Shown here piece by piece: positions 8,556 to 17,659 of a stretch of DNA of 64,000 nt. The first letter of the stretch is position 1, and each line of letters begins with the position of its first letter. The stretch is from Acidimicrobiia bacterium (GTDB lineage: Bacteria; Actinomycetota; Acidimicrobiia; Spongiisociales; UBA11373), in contig JBFFRY010000002.1 of the NCBI GenBank assembly GCA_041572755.1, positions 3,901 to 67,900 of the forward strand, read 5' to 3'. The position numbers and the translations under genes were made by a program. The notes under the pieces are model-generated. The model was not told the DNA's origin, ran no database searches, and saw only the letters and a program-made list of their open reading frames with translations.

Positions 8556-9458
8556 TCAGCTGCTCCCCTCCTCATCCCGGTAGTAGGTGAGGAACACCTC
8601 CTCGAGATCGGCTTCATGGGTGACGATGTCGACGACGTCGTAGCGGCCGGCAATGGTGGTCAACACGGCGTCGATCGTCCCATCGAACGAGAGCACGACT
8701 CGATGGTCGGCGGCCTCGACGTCCCGCACCCCGTCCACCTCCCGGAAGACCCCGGGATCGACCGCGGAAGCGAATTCGAGTTCGATGCGACGCAGACCCT
8801 TCGACCGGAGTTCGGCAACCGCTTCGACCGCAACGAGAAATCCCCGCCGGATGATGCCCACTCGATCGGCCACCCTTTGGACCTCCGAGAGAGTGTGGCT
8901 GGAGAGAAACACGGTTCGGCCGTCCGCGGCGACTTCACGCACCATCGCCTGGAACTCCCTTTGCATGAGGGGGTCCAGGCCGGAGCTCGGCTCATCCATG
9001 ATGAGCAACTCGGGTCGATTCATGAATGCCTGTATCAAGCCCACCTTCTGACGATTGCCCGAGGAGAGATCACCGACTTTCTTGGAGAGATCGGCCTCGA
9101 GCCTCTCAGCGAGTTCGTCGACGTGTGACCAGTCGACGCCCCCCCGCAGATTGGCGAAGTACGTGATCGTGTCCTTCCCCGTCAGGTTCGGGTACATCGC
9201 CAAATCGCCCGGCACGTAGCCGATGTGGCGGCGGATCTCCACCGAATCGCGGTGTGTATCCAGCCCCAGGATCGCGGCGCTTCCTGCGGTGGGCCTGATC
9301 TCGTCCAGGATCGTGCGAATCGTGGTGGTCTTCCCGGCGCCGTTGGGCCCCAGGAAGCCGAAGACCTCGCCGGCCAGGACCTCCAGGTCGAGATCGACCA
9401 GCGCCTCGACGGTGCCGTAGTGCTTCGTCAAGCCCTCAGTGCGGATGACAGCGGTCAT
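8556..9458 (-). CDS. ABC transporter ATP-binding protein (partner of the ABC-2 permease).
   Basis: Walker A GPNGAGKTT, signature LSSGNRQKV, Walker B LLIMDEPSSGLD, H-loop SSH. Confidence 0.9.
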   Translation of the reverse strand: MTAVIRTEGLTKHYGTVEALVDLDLEVLAGEVFGFLGPNGAGKTTTIRTILDEIRPTAGSAAILGLDTHRDSVEIRRHIGYVPGDLAMYPNLTGKDTITYFANLRGGVDWSHVDELAERLEADLSKKVGDLSSGNRQKVGLIQAFMNRPELLIMDEPSSGLDPLMQREFQAMVREVAADGRTVFLSSHTLSEVQRVADRVGIIRRGFLVAVEAVAELRSKGLRRIELEFASAVDPGVFREVDGVRDVEAADHRVVLSFDGTIDAVLTTIAGRYDVVDIVTHEADLEEVFLTYYRDEEGSS

Positions 9459-9517
9459 CGGCTCCTCGATGGACCCCCCGATGCTAGAGCCGGTTCGATC
9501 TCGGTCGATGGCGTCCG

Positions 9518-10219
9518 CTAGCCGGGTCGCCGAGCCGTGATGGAAGCACCCACCACCGCCGGCGGAGCACCGACGAGCCGGCCCGTGATCTCGATCCCCG
9601 GACGCCGGAAGCCCGCATCGATCAACATCTGCAGGTACTCGTTTGCCTCCAGGGCACCCGCCACACAGCCAGTCCAGGCGGCCACGTCGGCGGCAACGTC
9701 TTCCGGCAGGGGGTGGAGCAGCACGATGTCGCTCACCGCGAAGGTTCCCCCGGGCCGGAGCACCCGGAATGCCTCTGCGAGGGCCCGGTCCTTCTCGGGT
9801 GACAGATTGATCACGCAGTTGCTGATGATCACGTCGATCGAGGCGTCGGGCAGCGGGATGTCTTCGAGGTCGCCCTTGAGGAACTCGACGTTGTCGATCC
9901 CGGCCTCGGCTTGGTTCTTCCTGGCCACGTCGAGCATCTCGTCGGTCATGTCGAGGCCGTAGACCTTTCCCGTCGCTCCGACTCGACGGGCCGCCAGGAA
10001 GGCATCGAGGCCCGCCCCGCTCCCCAGATCGAGCACGACCTGCCCCTCCGCCAGGTCGGCCATGGCAACCGGGTTACCGCAGCCGAGCGAAGCGTCTGCG
10101 GCGCCCTCCAGACCCTCGAGATTCTCGCCCGGGTAGAGGTCGGGAGCACAGCAGTCGGATGATGGGGCCGAAGCCAGTTGCGCGTACCGCTTCCTGACCG
10201 CCTCCTTGATACTCACCAT
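9518..10219 (-). CDS. arsM: Class I SAM-dependent methyltransferase, arsenite methyltransferase (ArsM/AS3MT)-like.
   Basis: SAM motif I VLDLGSGAGLD, plus conserved Cys clusters (SSDCCAPD, LGCGNP, TGCVAG) resembling ArsM catalytic cysteines. 233 aa, shorter than typical ArsM. Confidence 0.6.
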   Translation of the reverse strand: MVSIKEAVRKRYAQLASAPSSDCCAPDLYPGENLEGLEGAADASLGCGNPVAMADLAEGQVVLDLGSGAGLDAFLAARRVGATGKVYGLDMTDEMLDVARKNQAEAGIDNVEFLKGDLEDIPLPDASIDVIISNCVINLSPEKDRALAEAFRVLRPGGTFAVSDIVLLHPLPEDVAADVAAWTGCVAGALEANEYLQMLIDAGFRRPGIEITGRLVGAPPAVVGASITARRPG

Positions 10220-10227
10220 GGGTCCTC

Positions 10228-10264
10228 CTATCGACAGCCATCAATATATCGATAGTTGTCGATG
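10228..10264. promoter_or_regulatory. AT-rich imperfect palindrome in the arsM / lonN divergent intergenic region (candidate operator/promoter).
   Basis: CTATCGACA-gccatcaata-TATCGATA-gt-TGTCGATg. Centred on the TATCGATA self-palindrome, flanked by inverted CTATCGACA / TGTCGAT(A)G arms. The most AT-rich patch in the region. Confidence 0.3.
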
Positions 10265-10287
10265 TATGCAAGATAGAGTCGCCCCTG

Positions 10288-10905
10288 ATGGCAGAACTCC
10301 CGATGTTTCCGCTCGAGAACCCCGTCTTCCCCTACACCGCGATACCCCTCCACATCTTCGAGGAGCGGTACCGACGGATGATCCATGATCTGCTCGACGG
10401 CGACGGCAGGCTCGGAGTCGTGATGATCCAACGCGGCAGCGAGGTGGGGGGTGGCGACATACGAAGCGAGGTCGGCACCCTGTGCCGGATGGCCGATGCC
10501 GAAGAACTCGATGATGGGCGCTGGATCGCAATCGTGGTCGGCCTCGAACGGATTCGCGTGCGACGCTGGACGACCGAAGACCCCTATCCCAAGGCCGAAG
10601 TCGAACCGCACCCCGCCCTGCCGGGCATGGTTGGAGCCGAAGAACGCGAGGCCCTCGAGTCATCGGTCCGACGCCTTGCCGCCTTGCTCGCCGAACTCGA
10701 CGAGCCGGGCCCACCCGTCACCGTGGAGCTGGCCGCCGAGCCCATCGCCGCAGCATTCCAGGCCATCGTCGCCTCACCCATCGGCGCCCACGATGCACAG
10801 CGTCTCCTCGAGGTGCCCGGCGGCGACCAACTGGTGGCGGGTGTGCTCGAGGCGCTCGCCGACAAGGAGGATCTGGCCCGCCTCCGGCTCAGCACCGGTG
10901 GCTAA
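10288..10905 (+). CDS. Stand-alone Lon protease N-terminal (substrate-binding) domain protein.
   Basis: LPMFPLENPVFPYTAIPLHIFEERYRRMIHDLL matches the Lon N-domain start (LPLFPL..VLFPG..LPLHIFEPRY). No AAA+ or protease domain follows (205 aa). Confidence 0.75.
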   Translation: MAELPMFPLENPVFPYTAIPLHIFEERYRRMIHDLLDGDGRLGVVMIQRGSEVGGGDIRSEVGTLCRMADAEELDDGRWIAIVVGLERIRVRRWTTEDPYPKAEVEPHPALPGMVGAEEREALESSVRRLAALLAELDEPGPPVTVELAAEPIAAAFQAIVASPIGAHDAQRLLEVPGGDQLVAGVLEALADKEDLARLRLSTGG

Positions 10906-11750
10906 CGGGCGGCCGACCGCCACGCCTCCCGCAGACCCACTCTCCCGCTCCTCAAGAGGCCCCCGGAGTAGATGCGCTCGGCGGCCACTATCAATCCGTA
11001 TGCAGAGATCGCCATCAGGGCCACGGCGACCCCTACCTCCCAGGGCTGTGCGGATCCACGCACCATTCGGAGCGGCATGGTGACCGGGGCCAGAGGGGGA
11101 AGCAGGGAAGCCGTCCGGAGCACGACGTTGTCCGCTTCGCCATACGACGACGTCACACCGATGAGGTAGCCGATCACCAGCACGATGTTGATCGGACCGG
11201 CTGCATTGGCAGCGTTCTGGTGGCGGGCCACCAGAGAGCCCGCCGCGGCGTACACCACCGAGTAGAACGCGAAGCCGAGCACGAACCACGCGACCACGAT
11301 GCCAACCGTCTCCGGCGTTGCCGACGGCAGCTCAATACGATCCAACGCCGTCCCGACCAGCATCACGGTGAGACCCGTGACGGCCACCTCGAACAGCCCC
11401 AGAAGACCAATCGCGAGCACCTTGCCCATGAGGAGATGCCGTGGTCTCATCGCACCCAACACCACCTCGGCAACCCGGCTGTTCTTCTCCTCGGCAACAC
11501 CGAGCAGGATGACCTGGCCGGTCATGATGATCGCCATGAACAACACAACGACACCGACGAACCCAACGACCTGATCCGCTTCATCGGCTGCCAACCGAAT
11601 CGGATTCGGTCTCTCCGACCCGACGACCTGGAGAACCGCCAGGCCGGCCAGCGACGTCGCCACCAGAGCCCCCGTCACCATCACCGCGGCCTTCCTTCGC
11701 GCTCCGAGCTCCCGTTCGACCACCAAGAAGATCGTCTGCCACGGCTTCAT
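10902..11750 (-). CDS. ABC-2 family transporter permease. The start was re-assigned to the ATG at 11750 (MKPWQTIFLVVEREL...), which overlaps the upstream ATPase stop (ATGA).
   Basis: The ORF-track N-terminal 102 aa are G/R/P-rich junk overlapping the ATPase gene. Downstream are a 6-TM ABC-2 type permease and an ATGA overlap at 11747-11750. Confidence 0.7.
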   Translation of the reverse strand: MKPWQTIFLVVERELGARRKAAVMVTGALVATSLAGLAVLQVVGSERPNPIRLAADEADQVVGFVGVVVLFMAIIMTGQVILLGVAEEKNSRVAEVVLGAMRPRHLLMGKVLAIGLLGLFEVAVTGLTVMLVGTALDRIELPSATPETVGIVVAWFVLGFAFYSVVYAAAGSLVARHQNAANAAGPINIVLVIGYLIGVTSSYGEADNVVLRTASLLPPLAPVTMPLRMVRGSAQPWEVGVAVALMAISAYGLIVAAERIYSGGLLRSGRVGLREAWRSAAR

Positions 11751-12640
11751 GGCCCCGCCACCTCCGCGAAGACTTCCGAGAGGTCCGGGGGCCGAAGCGA
11801 GAACTCGAGGATCTCCCCGAGGTCGCCCGCCGCTCGGGCAACACTCTCCAGGTCGATGTGGCCCTCTATCACCATTCGAAGCCTTTCGGTGCCCACCTCC
11901 ACCGCTCTCCCCAGTTCCAGCAGGGGCGTCCAATCGACCCGAATCCCGGGACGCACCCCCACCTCCAAGTATCGACGCGGCAACGAGGCCCTGAGGTCGT
12001 CGACCCGGCCTTCGGCGACCACCCGCCCCCGGTGGAGGATCACCACCTCCTCGCACAGGTGCTCGACGAGATCGAGCTGGTGACTCGAGAACAAGACTGC
12101 GACGCCGCCCGCCGCCTTATCGCGAAGCACACCGGCGAGTAGCCCGGCCGCAACCGGATCGAGGCCCGAGAACGGCTCGTCGAGCACGAGCAGGTCGGGC
12201 TCATGCACCATGGCAACCGCCAGTTGCACCCGCTGCTGATTGCCGTGCGACAACTCGTCGACACGTGCCTCGATTCGATCACCGAGCCCGAACTCGGTGA
12301 GAAGCCGCTCCGCAGCCGCAACCGCAGCGGCACGCGACATCCCGTGGAGGCGCCCGAAGTAGGCGACCTGATCTCGCACCCTCATACGGGGGTAGAGGCC
12401 CCGCTCCTCGGGCATGTACCCGAAGCGAAGCCTCTCCTCCGGCCCGATCGGCCGTCCGTTCCACAACACGGCGCCGGCGTCGGGCGTCACGAGATCGAAG
12501 ATCGTTCGCATGGCGGTCGTCTTCCCGGCGCCGTTGGGACCGAGGAACCCGACCATCTGCCCACGCTCCACCGAGAGGCGGCACCCTTCGAGTGCCGCCA
12601 CCTCTCCAAAACGCTTCTTCAGTCGATCGAGCAGAAGCAT
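11747..12640 (-). CDS. ABC transporter ATP-binding protein.
   Basis: Walker A GPNGAGKTT, LSHGNQQRV signature, LLVLDEPFSGLD Walker B. Confidence 0.9.
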   Translation of the reverse strand: MLLLDRLKKRFGEVAALEGCRLSVERGQMVGFLGPNGAGKTTAMRTIFDLVTPDAGAVLWNGRPIGPEERLRFGYMPEERGLYPRMRVRDQVAYFGRLHGMSRAAAVAAAERLLTEFGLGDRIEARVDELSHGNQQRVQLAVAMVHEPDLLVLDEPFSGLDPVAAGLLAGVLRDKAAGGVAVLFSSHQLDLVEHLCEEVVILHRGRVVAEGRVDDLRASLPRRYLEVGVRPGIRVDWTPLLELGRAVEVGTERLRMVIEGHIDLESVARAAGDLGEILEFSLRPPDLSEVFAEVAGP

Positions 12641-12673
12641 GGACTCCCATCGTTGCCGGCGAAGCCCGGCCGA

Positions 12674-13936
12674 TCAGCCAAAATCGACGCAGCCGTCGGC
12701 CCCGGCACTCAAGTACCAGATCCTCTCCGTGAGCGGCTCCTCCGGCTCGTCGTCCTCGTCATCGGGAGCACGATCGATGCCGGCAACGAATCCCGGGGCG
12801 ATCTCGGCGAGCCCCCGATCGGGATCGAAGTAGGCGGGATCACCGTAGGCCGAGGAGAACTCCCCGATCGAACTGCCCAAGCTCACCCTCTCGGCCGTCC
12901 CCAGTCCCCGAGCCCCCACGTCCAGGACCTCCAGGTCGAACGACCGGTAGGCGTATTGCGCAAAGGACGGGTCGCTGAATCCCACGTCACTGAAATCGAT
13001 GAAGAGAACCGCCGGATGGGCGTCTCCCTCCTCGGCTTCCTGGACCACCCAGGTCACGTGACGATTGAAGCCCTCGCAAGTGCGGCCGGTGCTGACGCCG
13101 GCCTGCCAGCCGGTGTCCGTGGTCGGGGGACCGAGGATGAATCCGATCGTCTCCAACACCGAGGCAGGTTCATCGCCGAAGGTGAGGATGCCGAGACCAT
13201 CAGGTGCCAAGACCATCGGCCCGAAGTCGATGGTGACCGCCGCCGCCGCCCGCAGCTCGATACGGAGCGCGTACGAGGCGGTCTCATCGGAGATCACCCT
13301 GATGCGATAGACACCATCGGCCGGTAACTCCTGCGACCATGGCACCTCGTCGCCCGCCGCCTTGATCGTGGTTCCGTCAGACGTCTGGATCGTGATCTGC
13401 ACCGGCCCGTCGAGGATCTCGAGGCTGAGGTGTTGACCTCCCACCCCCTCGAGAAGGAATGAATCATCGTCGTTCGGGTCGACGTTTCCGGCCACCCGCA
13501 ACTCCGACTCACCTTCGGCGAACTCGACCGGGCGCTCGGCACCACACCGCCTGGCCAAGGCCGCAAAGGTGGCTTCGTCGGGCTCCCCGGTCGGCACGCG
13601 TCTCATCTCGGCCTGGGCGTAGGCCACGAGGCCCCCGGTGATCGGACCGAACACCCCATCGACGGTGACCCCCGGCTCGTCTTCACCCATCCGTTCATAT
13701 CCGGTGCAGATGAGGAGGAACTGCAACGCGGCGACGTACTCTCCCCGATCGCCGAGCCGGATGAACGGCTCGTCGTTCGGTACCAACTCCACCAGCCCGC
13801 TCGTCGTCGTCGTGGGCGCGAGAACGGTCGTCGTCGTCTCGGGGATGGTGGTCGTCGTCGTCGACACGGCGTCGTCGCCGCAGGCCGCCACGGCCACTGC
13901 AATGACCACTGCGATCGATGCGGATCTGCTCTTCAT
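12674..13936 (-). CDS. Secreted lipoprotein with a peptidoglycan-binding-like domain, a central domain of unknown function and a PPC (pre-peptidase C-terminal)-like beta-sandwich.
   Basis: Signal plus lipobox (VAVAAC). T-rich linker. LGDRGEYVAALQFLL...VDGVFGPITGGLVAYAQ (PG_binding_1-like). DDDSFLLEGVGGQHLSLEI...GVYRIRVISDETASYALRIEL (PPC-like). Confidence 0.6.
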   Translation of the reverse strand: MKSRSASIAVVIAVAVAACGDDAVSTTTTTIPETTTTVLAPTTTTSGLVELVPNDEPFIRLGDRGEYVAALQFLLICTGYERMGEDEPGVTVDGVFGPITGGLVAYAQAEMRRVPTGEPDEATFAALARRCGAERPVEFAEGESELRVAGNVDPNDDDSFLLEGVGGQHLSLEILDGPVQITIQTSDGTTIKAAGDEVPWSQELPADGVYRIRVISDETASYALRIELRAAAAVTIDFGPMVLAPDGLGILTFGDEPASVLETIGFILGPPTTDTGWQAGVSTGRTCEGFNRHVTWVVQEAEEGDAHPAVLFIDFSDVGFSDPSFAQYAYRSFDLEVLDVGARGLGTAERVSLGSSIGEFSSAYGDPAYFDPDRGLAEIAPGFVAGIDRAPDDEDDEPEEPLTERIWYLSAGADGCVDFG

Positions 13937-13991
13937 TGCTCCCGAGGTTACGCCGCCGGTCGGCGTCGAGGGGCTCGCTCGCCCCGGCCGT

Positions 13992-15392
13992 TCACTCCTC
14001 CCCCTGTGCCGCCCACCAGGAGCGAAGCAGCTCGAACGCCTCCTCCTCGGAGTACGGGCCGTGGTCCAAACGATGTTCCAACAGCATCGTCATGGCCTCC
14101 CCGACCCGGGGGCCGGGTTCGATACCCAAGGCCTCCATGACCCGGTGGCCGTCGATCGGCGGCCGCATCGCATCGAGCTCCTCGCGCTCCTTGAGGTCTT
14201 CGATCCGCTCCTCGAGCTCGTCGATACGCCGGGCGATCGTCCTCGCTCTCTTGGGATTGCCCGTCGTCACATCACACCTGACGAGAGCATTGAGCCGCTC
14301 GAGCAAGGGTCCGGCGTCCCGGACGTAGCGACGGACGGCGCGGTCGGTCCAACCCATCTTGAAGGTGTGCGGGCGCATGTGGAGGTAGACCAGGCGGGAC
14401 ACGTCGTCGACCTCCTCGTTCGAGAAGCGCAATGCCTGCAATCTCGCCCGAGTCAGGCGAGCGCCGACGACCTCGTGATGGTGGAAGCTCACCCCGCCCG
14501 GACCGAACGCCCTGGTATCCGGCTTGCCGATGTCGTGGAACAGTGCCGCGAGCCGCACCACCGGATCCGGAGGGCATTTCGCCACCACCGCAATCGTGTG
14601 GGCCAGCACGTCCTTGTGGCGGTGCAGCGGATCGTGCTGATTCGACAGAGCCGCCAACTCGGGGACGAAGACACCGGCCAGCCCCGAATCCACCAGGCCG
14701 CCGAGGGCCCGGGCCACGTGATCGCCGATGATCAGCTTGATCAGCTCGTCGCGGATTCGCTCCGCACTGATGATCCCCAGGCGCTCCCCCATGGAGCGAA
14801 CCGCGGCGTCCGACGACTCCTCGACCTCGAAACCCAATGTGGCGACGAACCGATAGAGCCGGAGCATCCGCAGCGGGTCGTCCCCAAAGGAGATCTCCGG
14901 GTCGAGTGGGGTGCGCAACACCCCTGCCCCCAGATCGACCAATCCCCCAAACGGGTCCACCATCTCGGGCTCGGGGAGCAGCCGGAGAGCCATGGCGTTC
15001 ACCGTGAAGTCCCGACGGGAGAGGTCCGTCTCGATGTCGTCGCTGAAGGTGACGACCGGCTTTCGCGAGTCCTCCCGATAGACGTCCCGTCGGAAGGTGG
15101 TGATCTCGTGAATGACGTGGTCGCGCCGGGCCGCCACCGTTCCATACTCGGCACCCACCGTGAAGACCGACTCTGCCCAAGGAGACAGGATTCCGACGAT
15201 CTCGTCGGGCCTGGCGTCGCTGGCGTAATCGAGATCGCCGAGATCGGGATCCCGCCCCATGAGTGCATCCCGCACACTGCCGCCGACGAGATACAACATC
15301 CGGCCTGCATCCGCAAAGCGTTGCGCGAGTTGCCGCGGGGCACCGTCGCCGCGCAGAAGATGTTGGAGCCGGGACGGGATCATTCCCGGCAT
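13992..15392 (-). CDS. CCA tRNA nucleotidyltransferase / poly(A) polymerase family protein with an HD domain.
   Basis: LYLVGGSVRDALMGR..DLDY (head domain GG.VRD...D.D), RRDFTVNAMA, and an HD domain (HDIGK). 466 aa. Confidence 0.85.
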   Translation of the reverse strand: MPGMIPSRLQHLLRGDGAPRQLAQRFADAGRMLYLVGGSVRDALMGRDPDLGDLDYASDARPDEIVGILSPWAESVFTVGAEYGTVAARRDHVIHEITTFRRDVYREDSRKPVVTFSDDIETDLSRRDFTVNAMALRLLPEPEMVDPFGGLVDLGAGVLRTPLDPEISFGDDPLRMLRLYRFVATLGFEVEESSDAAVRSMGERLGIISAERIRDELIKLIIGDHVARALGGLVDSGLAGVFVPELAALSNQHDPLHRHKDVLAHTIAVVAKCPPDPVVRLAALFHDIGKPDTRAFGPGGVSFHHHEVVGARLTRARLQALRFSNEEVDDVSRLVYLHMRPHTFKMGWTDRAVRRYVRDAGPLLERLNALVRCDVTTGNPKRARTIARRIDELEERIEDLKEREELDAMRPPIDGHRVMEALGIEPGPRVGEAMTMLLEHRLDHGPYSEEEAFELLRSWWAAQGEE

Positions 15393-15416
15393 CGTACCGG
15401 CAGGTCGACCGGCTTC

Positions 15417-16532
15417 TTAGGTGGGGGCCAGTCCCCGCCGCTGAGCCATCACCTTGAAGTCCGACGGGTTGGTGGCACTGCGCATGGCCTCGGGGTAGTC
15501 GACCTCCCCTCGCTCCAAGAGGGTGAGGATCGACTGATCGAACGTGACCATGCCGTAGTAGGAGCCTTCGGCGATCACGTCGGGCAGCGACGACGTCAGT
15601 TCCGGATCGGCGATTCGTTCCGCCGCCCGATCCGTGTTCACGAGCACCTCAACGGCGGGCACCCGGCCCGCTCCATCCACCTGCTGCAGGAGACGCTGGC
15701 TGACGATCCCTCGGAGGCTCCCGGCGAGGAGCAGACGCACCTGGCGTTGCAGCCCCGAGGGGAAGAAGTCGAGGACCCGGTTGATCGTCTCGGTGGCATC
15801 CAGCGTGTGAAGGGTGGAGAGCACCAGATGACCGGTCTCCGCCGCCTTCAGTGAGGCGTCGATCGTCTCCATGTCGCGCATCTCGCCCACCAGTATCACG
15901 TCGGGATCCTGGCGGAGAACCCGCCGCATGGCCTCGCCGAAACTGAAGGTGTCGACCCCGACCTCCCGCTGGCTCACCAGAGACAACTTGTCGGTATGCA
16001 GGATCTCGACGGGGTCCTCGATCGTCACGATGTTGGCCCGGCGGGTGCTGTTGATGGCATCGATCATCGCGGCCAGCGTTGTGGTCTTTCCCGAACCGGT
16101 CGGACCGGTGACCAGAATCAAGCCGCGAGGCTCCCGCGCCAGACGATCGATGACCGGGGGGAGCCCCAATTCCTCGATCGTGAAACCGGCCGGCGGCAGG
16201 GCGCGAAGCACGATCCCGATCTGACCCCGTTGCCGAAAGGCATTCACGCGGAACCGGCCGATGCGATCGTCCCCGTAGGCGAAATCCGCTTCATTCGTCT
16301 CTTTGAACGGAACCTCGAGACGCTCGGGCAGCAACGATCCCAGGTAGTACTCGAGATCCTCGGTGCGCAACGGGCCGACCGCCGACAGCCGCAAGTCGCC
16401 GTCCACGCGAATGGCAGGCTTGCTGCCGACCTTCAAGTGCAGATCGGAGGCGTTGGCCCCCACCGCCCAGGACAGCAACTCATCGATGGTGGGGAGGGAT
16501 TCGGACACCGCTTCCTTTCGACAGGATTGCAT
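15417..16532 (-). CDS. pilT: Type IV pilus retraction ATPase PilT (twitching motility protein).
   Basis: SDLHL...GLILVTGPTGSGKTTTLAAMID (Walker A), IVTIEDPVE, Asp and His boxes typical of PilT. 371 aa. Confidence 0.85.
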   Translation of the reverse strand: MQSCRKEAVSESLPTIDELLSWAVGANASDLHLKVGSKPAIRVDGDLRLSAVGPLRTEDLEYYLGSLLPERLEVPFKETNEADFAYGDDRIGRFRVNAFRQRGQIGIVLRALPPAGFTIEELGLPPVIDRLAREPRGLILVTGPTGSGKTTTLAAMIDAINSTRRANIVTIEDPVEILHTDKLSLVSQREVGVDTFSFGEAMRRVLRQDPDVILVGEMRDMETIDASLKAAETGHLVLSTLHTLDATETINRVLDFFPSGLQRQVRLLLAGSLRGIVSQRLLQQVDGAGRVPAVEVLVNTDRAAERIADPELTSSLPDVIAEGSYYGMVTFDQSILTLLERGEVDYPEAMRSATNPSDFKVMAQRRGLAPT

Positions 16533-16560
16533 GTCCTATCGGCCCCCGACCGGCCCCGCT

Positions 16561-17574
16561 TTACGACGACCCCCAGACGTCGGCAACTTGTGCTGCGACG
16601 AGATCGATGATCCGGAAGGCGCGCTCCGGGGACACGCCGTCGGGTGGCGTCACCGGGGCCTCCCCCGCCACCCCCCGAATGCTCTCTGCCACCGATGCCT
16701 CGATGGCGGCCAAGTCGTAGCCTCCCTCCAGGAAGAGAATCGTCCTCTGCGCCGGGACCTCCCCCACGGCGACGGCAGCCATCCGCCGGTAGTCGGCTGC
16801 AGTGAGCCGAAGGTCGGCGAGCGGATCGGCGACGTGAGCATCGAATCCGGCGCTCACCAGGAGCCAGTCCGGTTGGAAGCTCGTCAGCACCGGGCGAACC
16901 ACCCGCTCCATGGCTTCCTCGTATGCGTCGCCGGCGGTCCCGGCCGGCAGCGGCACGTTGACGATGTGTCCGGTGCCGTCCTGATCGCCGTTCTCATCGA
17001 TCCAGCCGGTGCCGGGGTAGAGGGGAAACTCGTGCATCGACAGATACACGACATCCCCCGACTCGTAGAACGAGTCCTGAGTTCCGTTGCCGTGATGCAC
17101 ATCCCAGTCGAGGATGGCCACCCGCTCCCCGGCCGCAACGATCGCCGCCGCCGCCACCGCGATGTTGTTGAACAAGCAAAAGCCCATCGCCCGCGCCGCG
17201 AGGGCGTGATGTCCCGGAGGGCGCACGGCGAGAAACGCGGCATCGGCGCCGCCTTCCCTGAGTTCGGCAACGGCCGCCGGTCCGGCGCCGGCGGCCCGCA
17301 ACGCTGCTTCCCACGACTCCGGCGAGGCAGCCGTGTCGTGGTCCAGTCGGCCTCCCCCATCCGCACAAAAGCGGCGTACCGACTCCACGTACTCAGGATC
17401 GTGGATCTCCGAGAGGAGCGCCAGATCCACTTCGGGAGGATCACGCTCGAGGATCTCGGCTCCCGACCCGCGGGTGCCGGCGATCGCCGCACGGAGCCGC
17501 TCCGGTCGCTCCGGATGCCCGGGCCCGGAATCGTGCCGGGAGAACGAGTCGTGGTGATACAGCAGCAGGCGCAC
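16561..17574 (-). CDS. Histone deacetylase-family protein (AcuC / acetylpolyamine amidohydrolase-like).
   Basis: HHGNGTQDSFY, HHALAARAMGFCLFNN, PLPAGTAGDAY. Classic class I/II HDAC-fold metal and catalytic residues. Confidence 0.85.
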   Translation of the reverse strand: MRLLLYHHDSFSRHDSGPGHPERPERLRAAIAGTRGSGAEILERDPPEVDLALLSEIHDPEYVESVRRFCADGGGRLDHDTAASPESWEAALRAAGAGPAAVAELREGGADAAFLAVRPPGHHALAARAMGFCLFNNIAVAAAAIVAAGERVAILDWDVHHGNGTQDSFYESGDVVYLSMHEFPLYPGTGWIDENGDQDGTGHIVNVPLPAGTAGDAYEEAMERVVRPVLTSFQPDWLLVSAGFDAHVADPLADLRLTAADYRRMAAVAVGEVPAQRTILFLEGGYDLAAIEASVAESIRGVAGEAPVTPPDGVSPERAFRIIDLVAAQVADVWGSS

Positions 17575-17659
17575 GAGGCCATCCTCGCGCGCTCCGGAGG
17601 CTTCGACACCCGGTCGTCATCTTGGCCCCGTTTCGAGGTCGTCGTACCATCCGCCAACG

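Noticed and set aside
5393-8653. 1086-aa ORF on the - strand (and many other 200-800 aa ORFs antisense to gyrA, gyrB, dnaA, trxB, the GT-C gene, etc.).
   Set aside because: R/G/P/H-rich, no recognisable domains, and they overlap well-supported genes on the other strand. These are typical stop-poor shadow frames of high-GC DNA.
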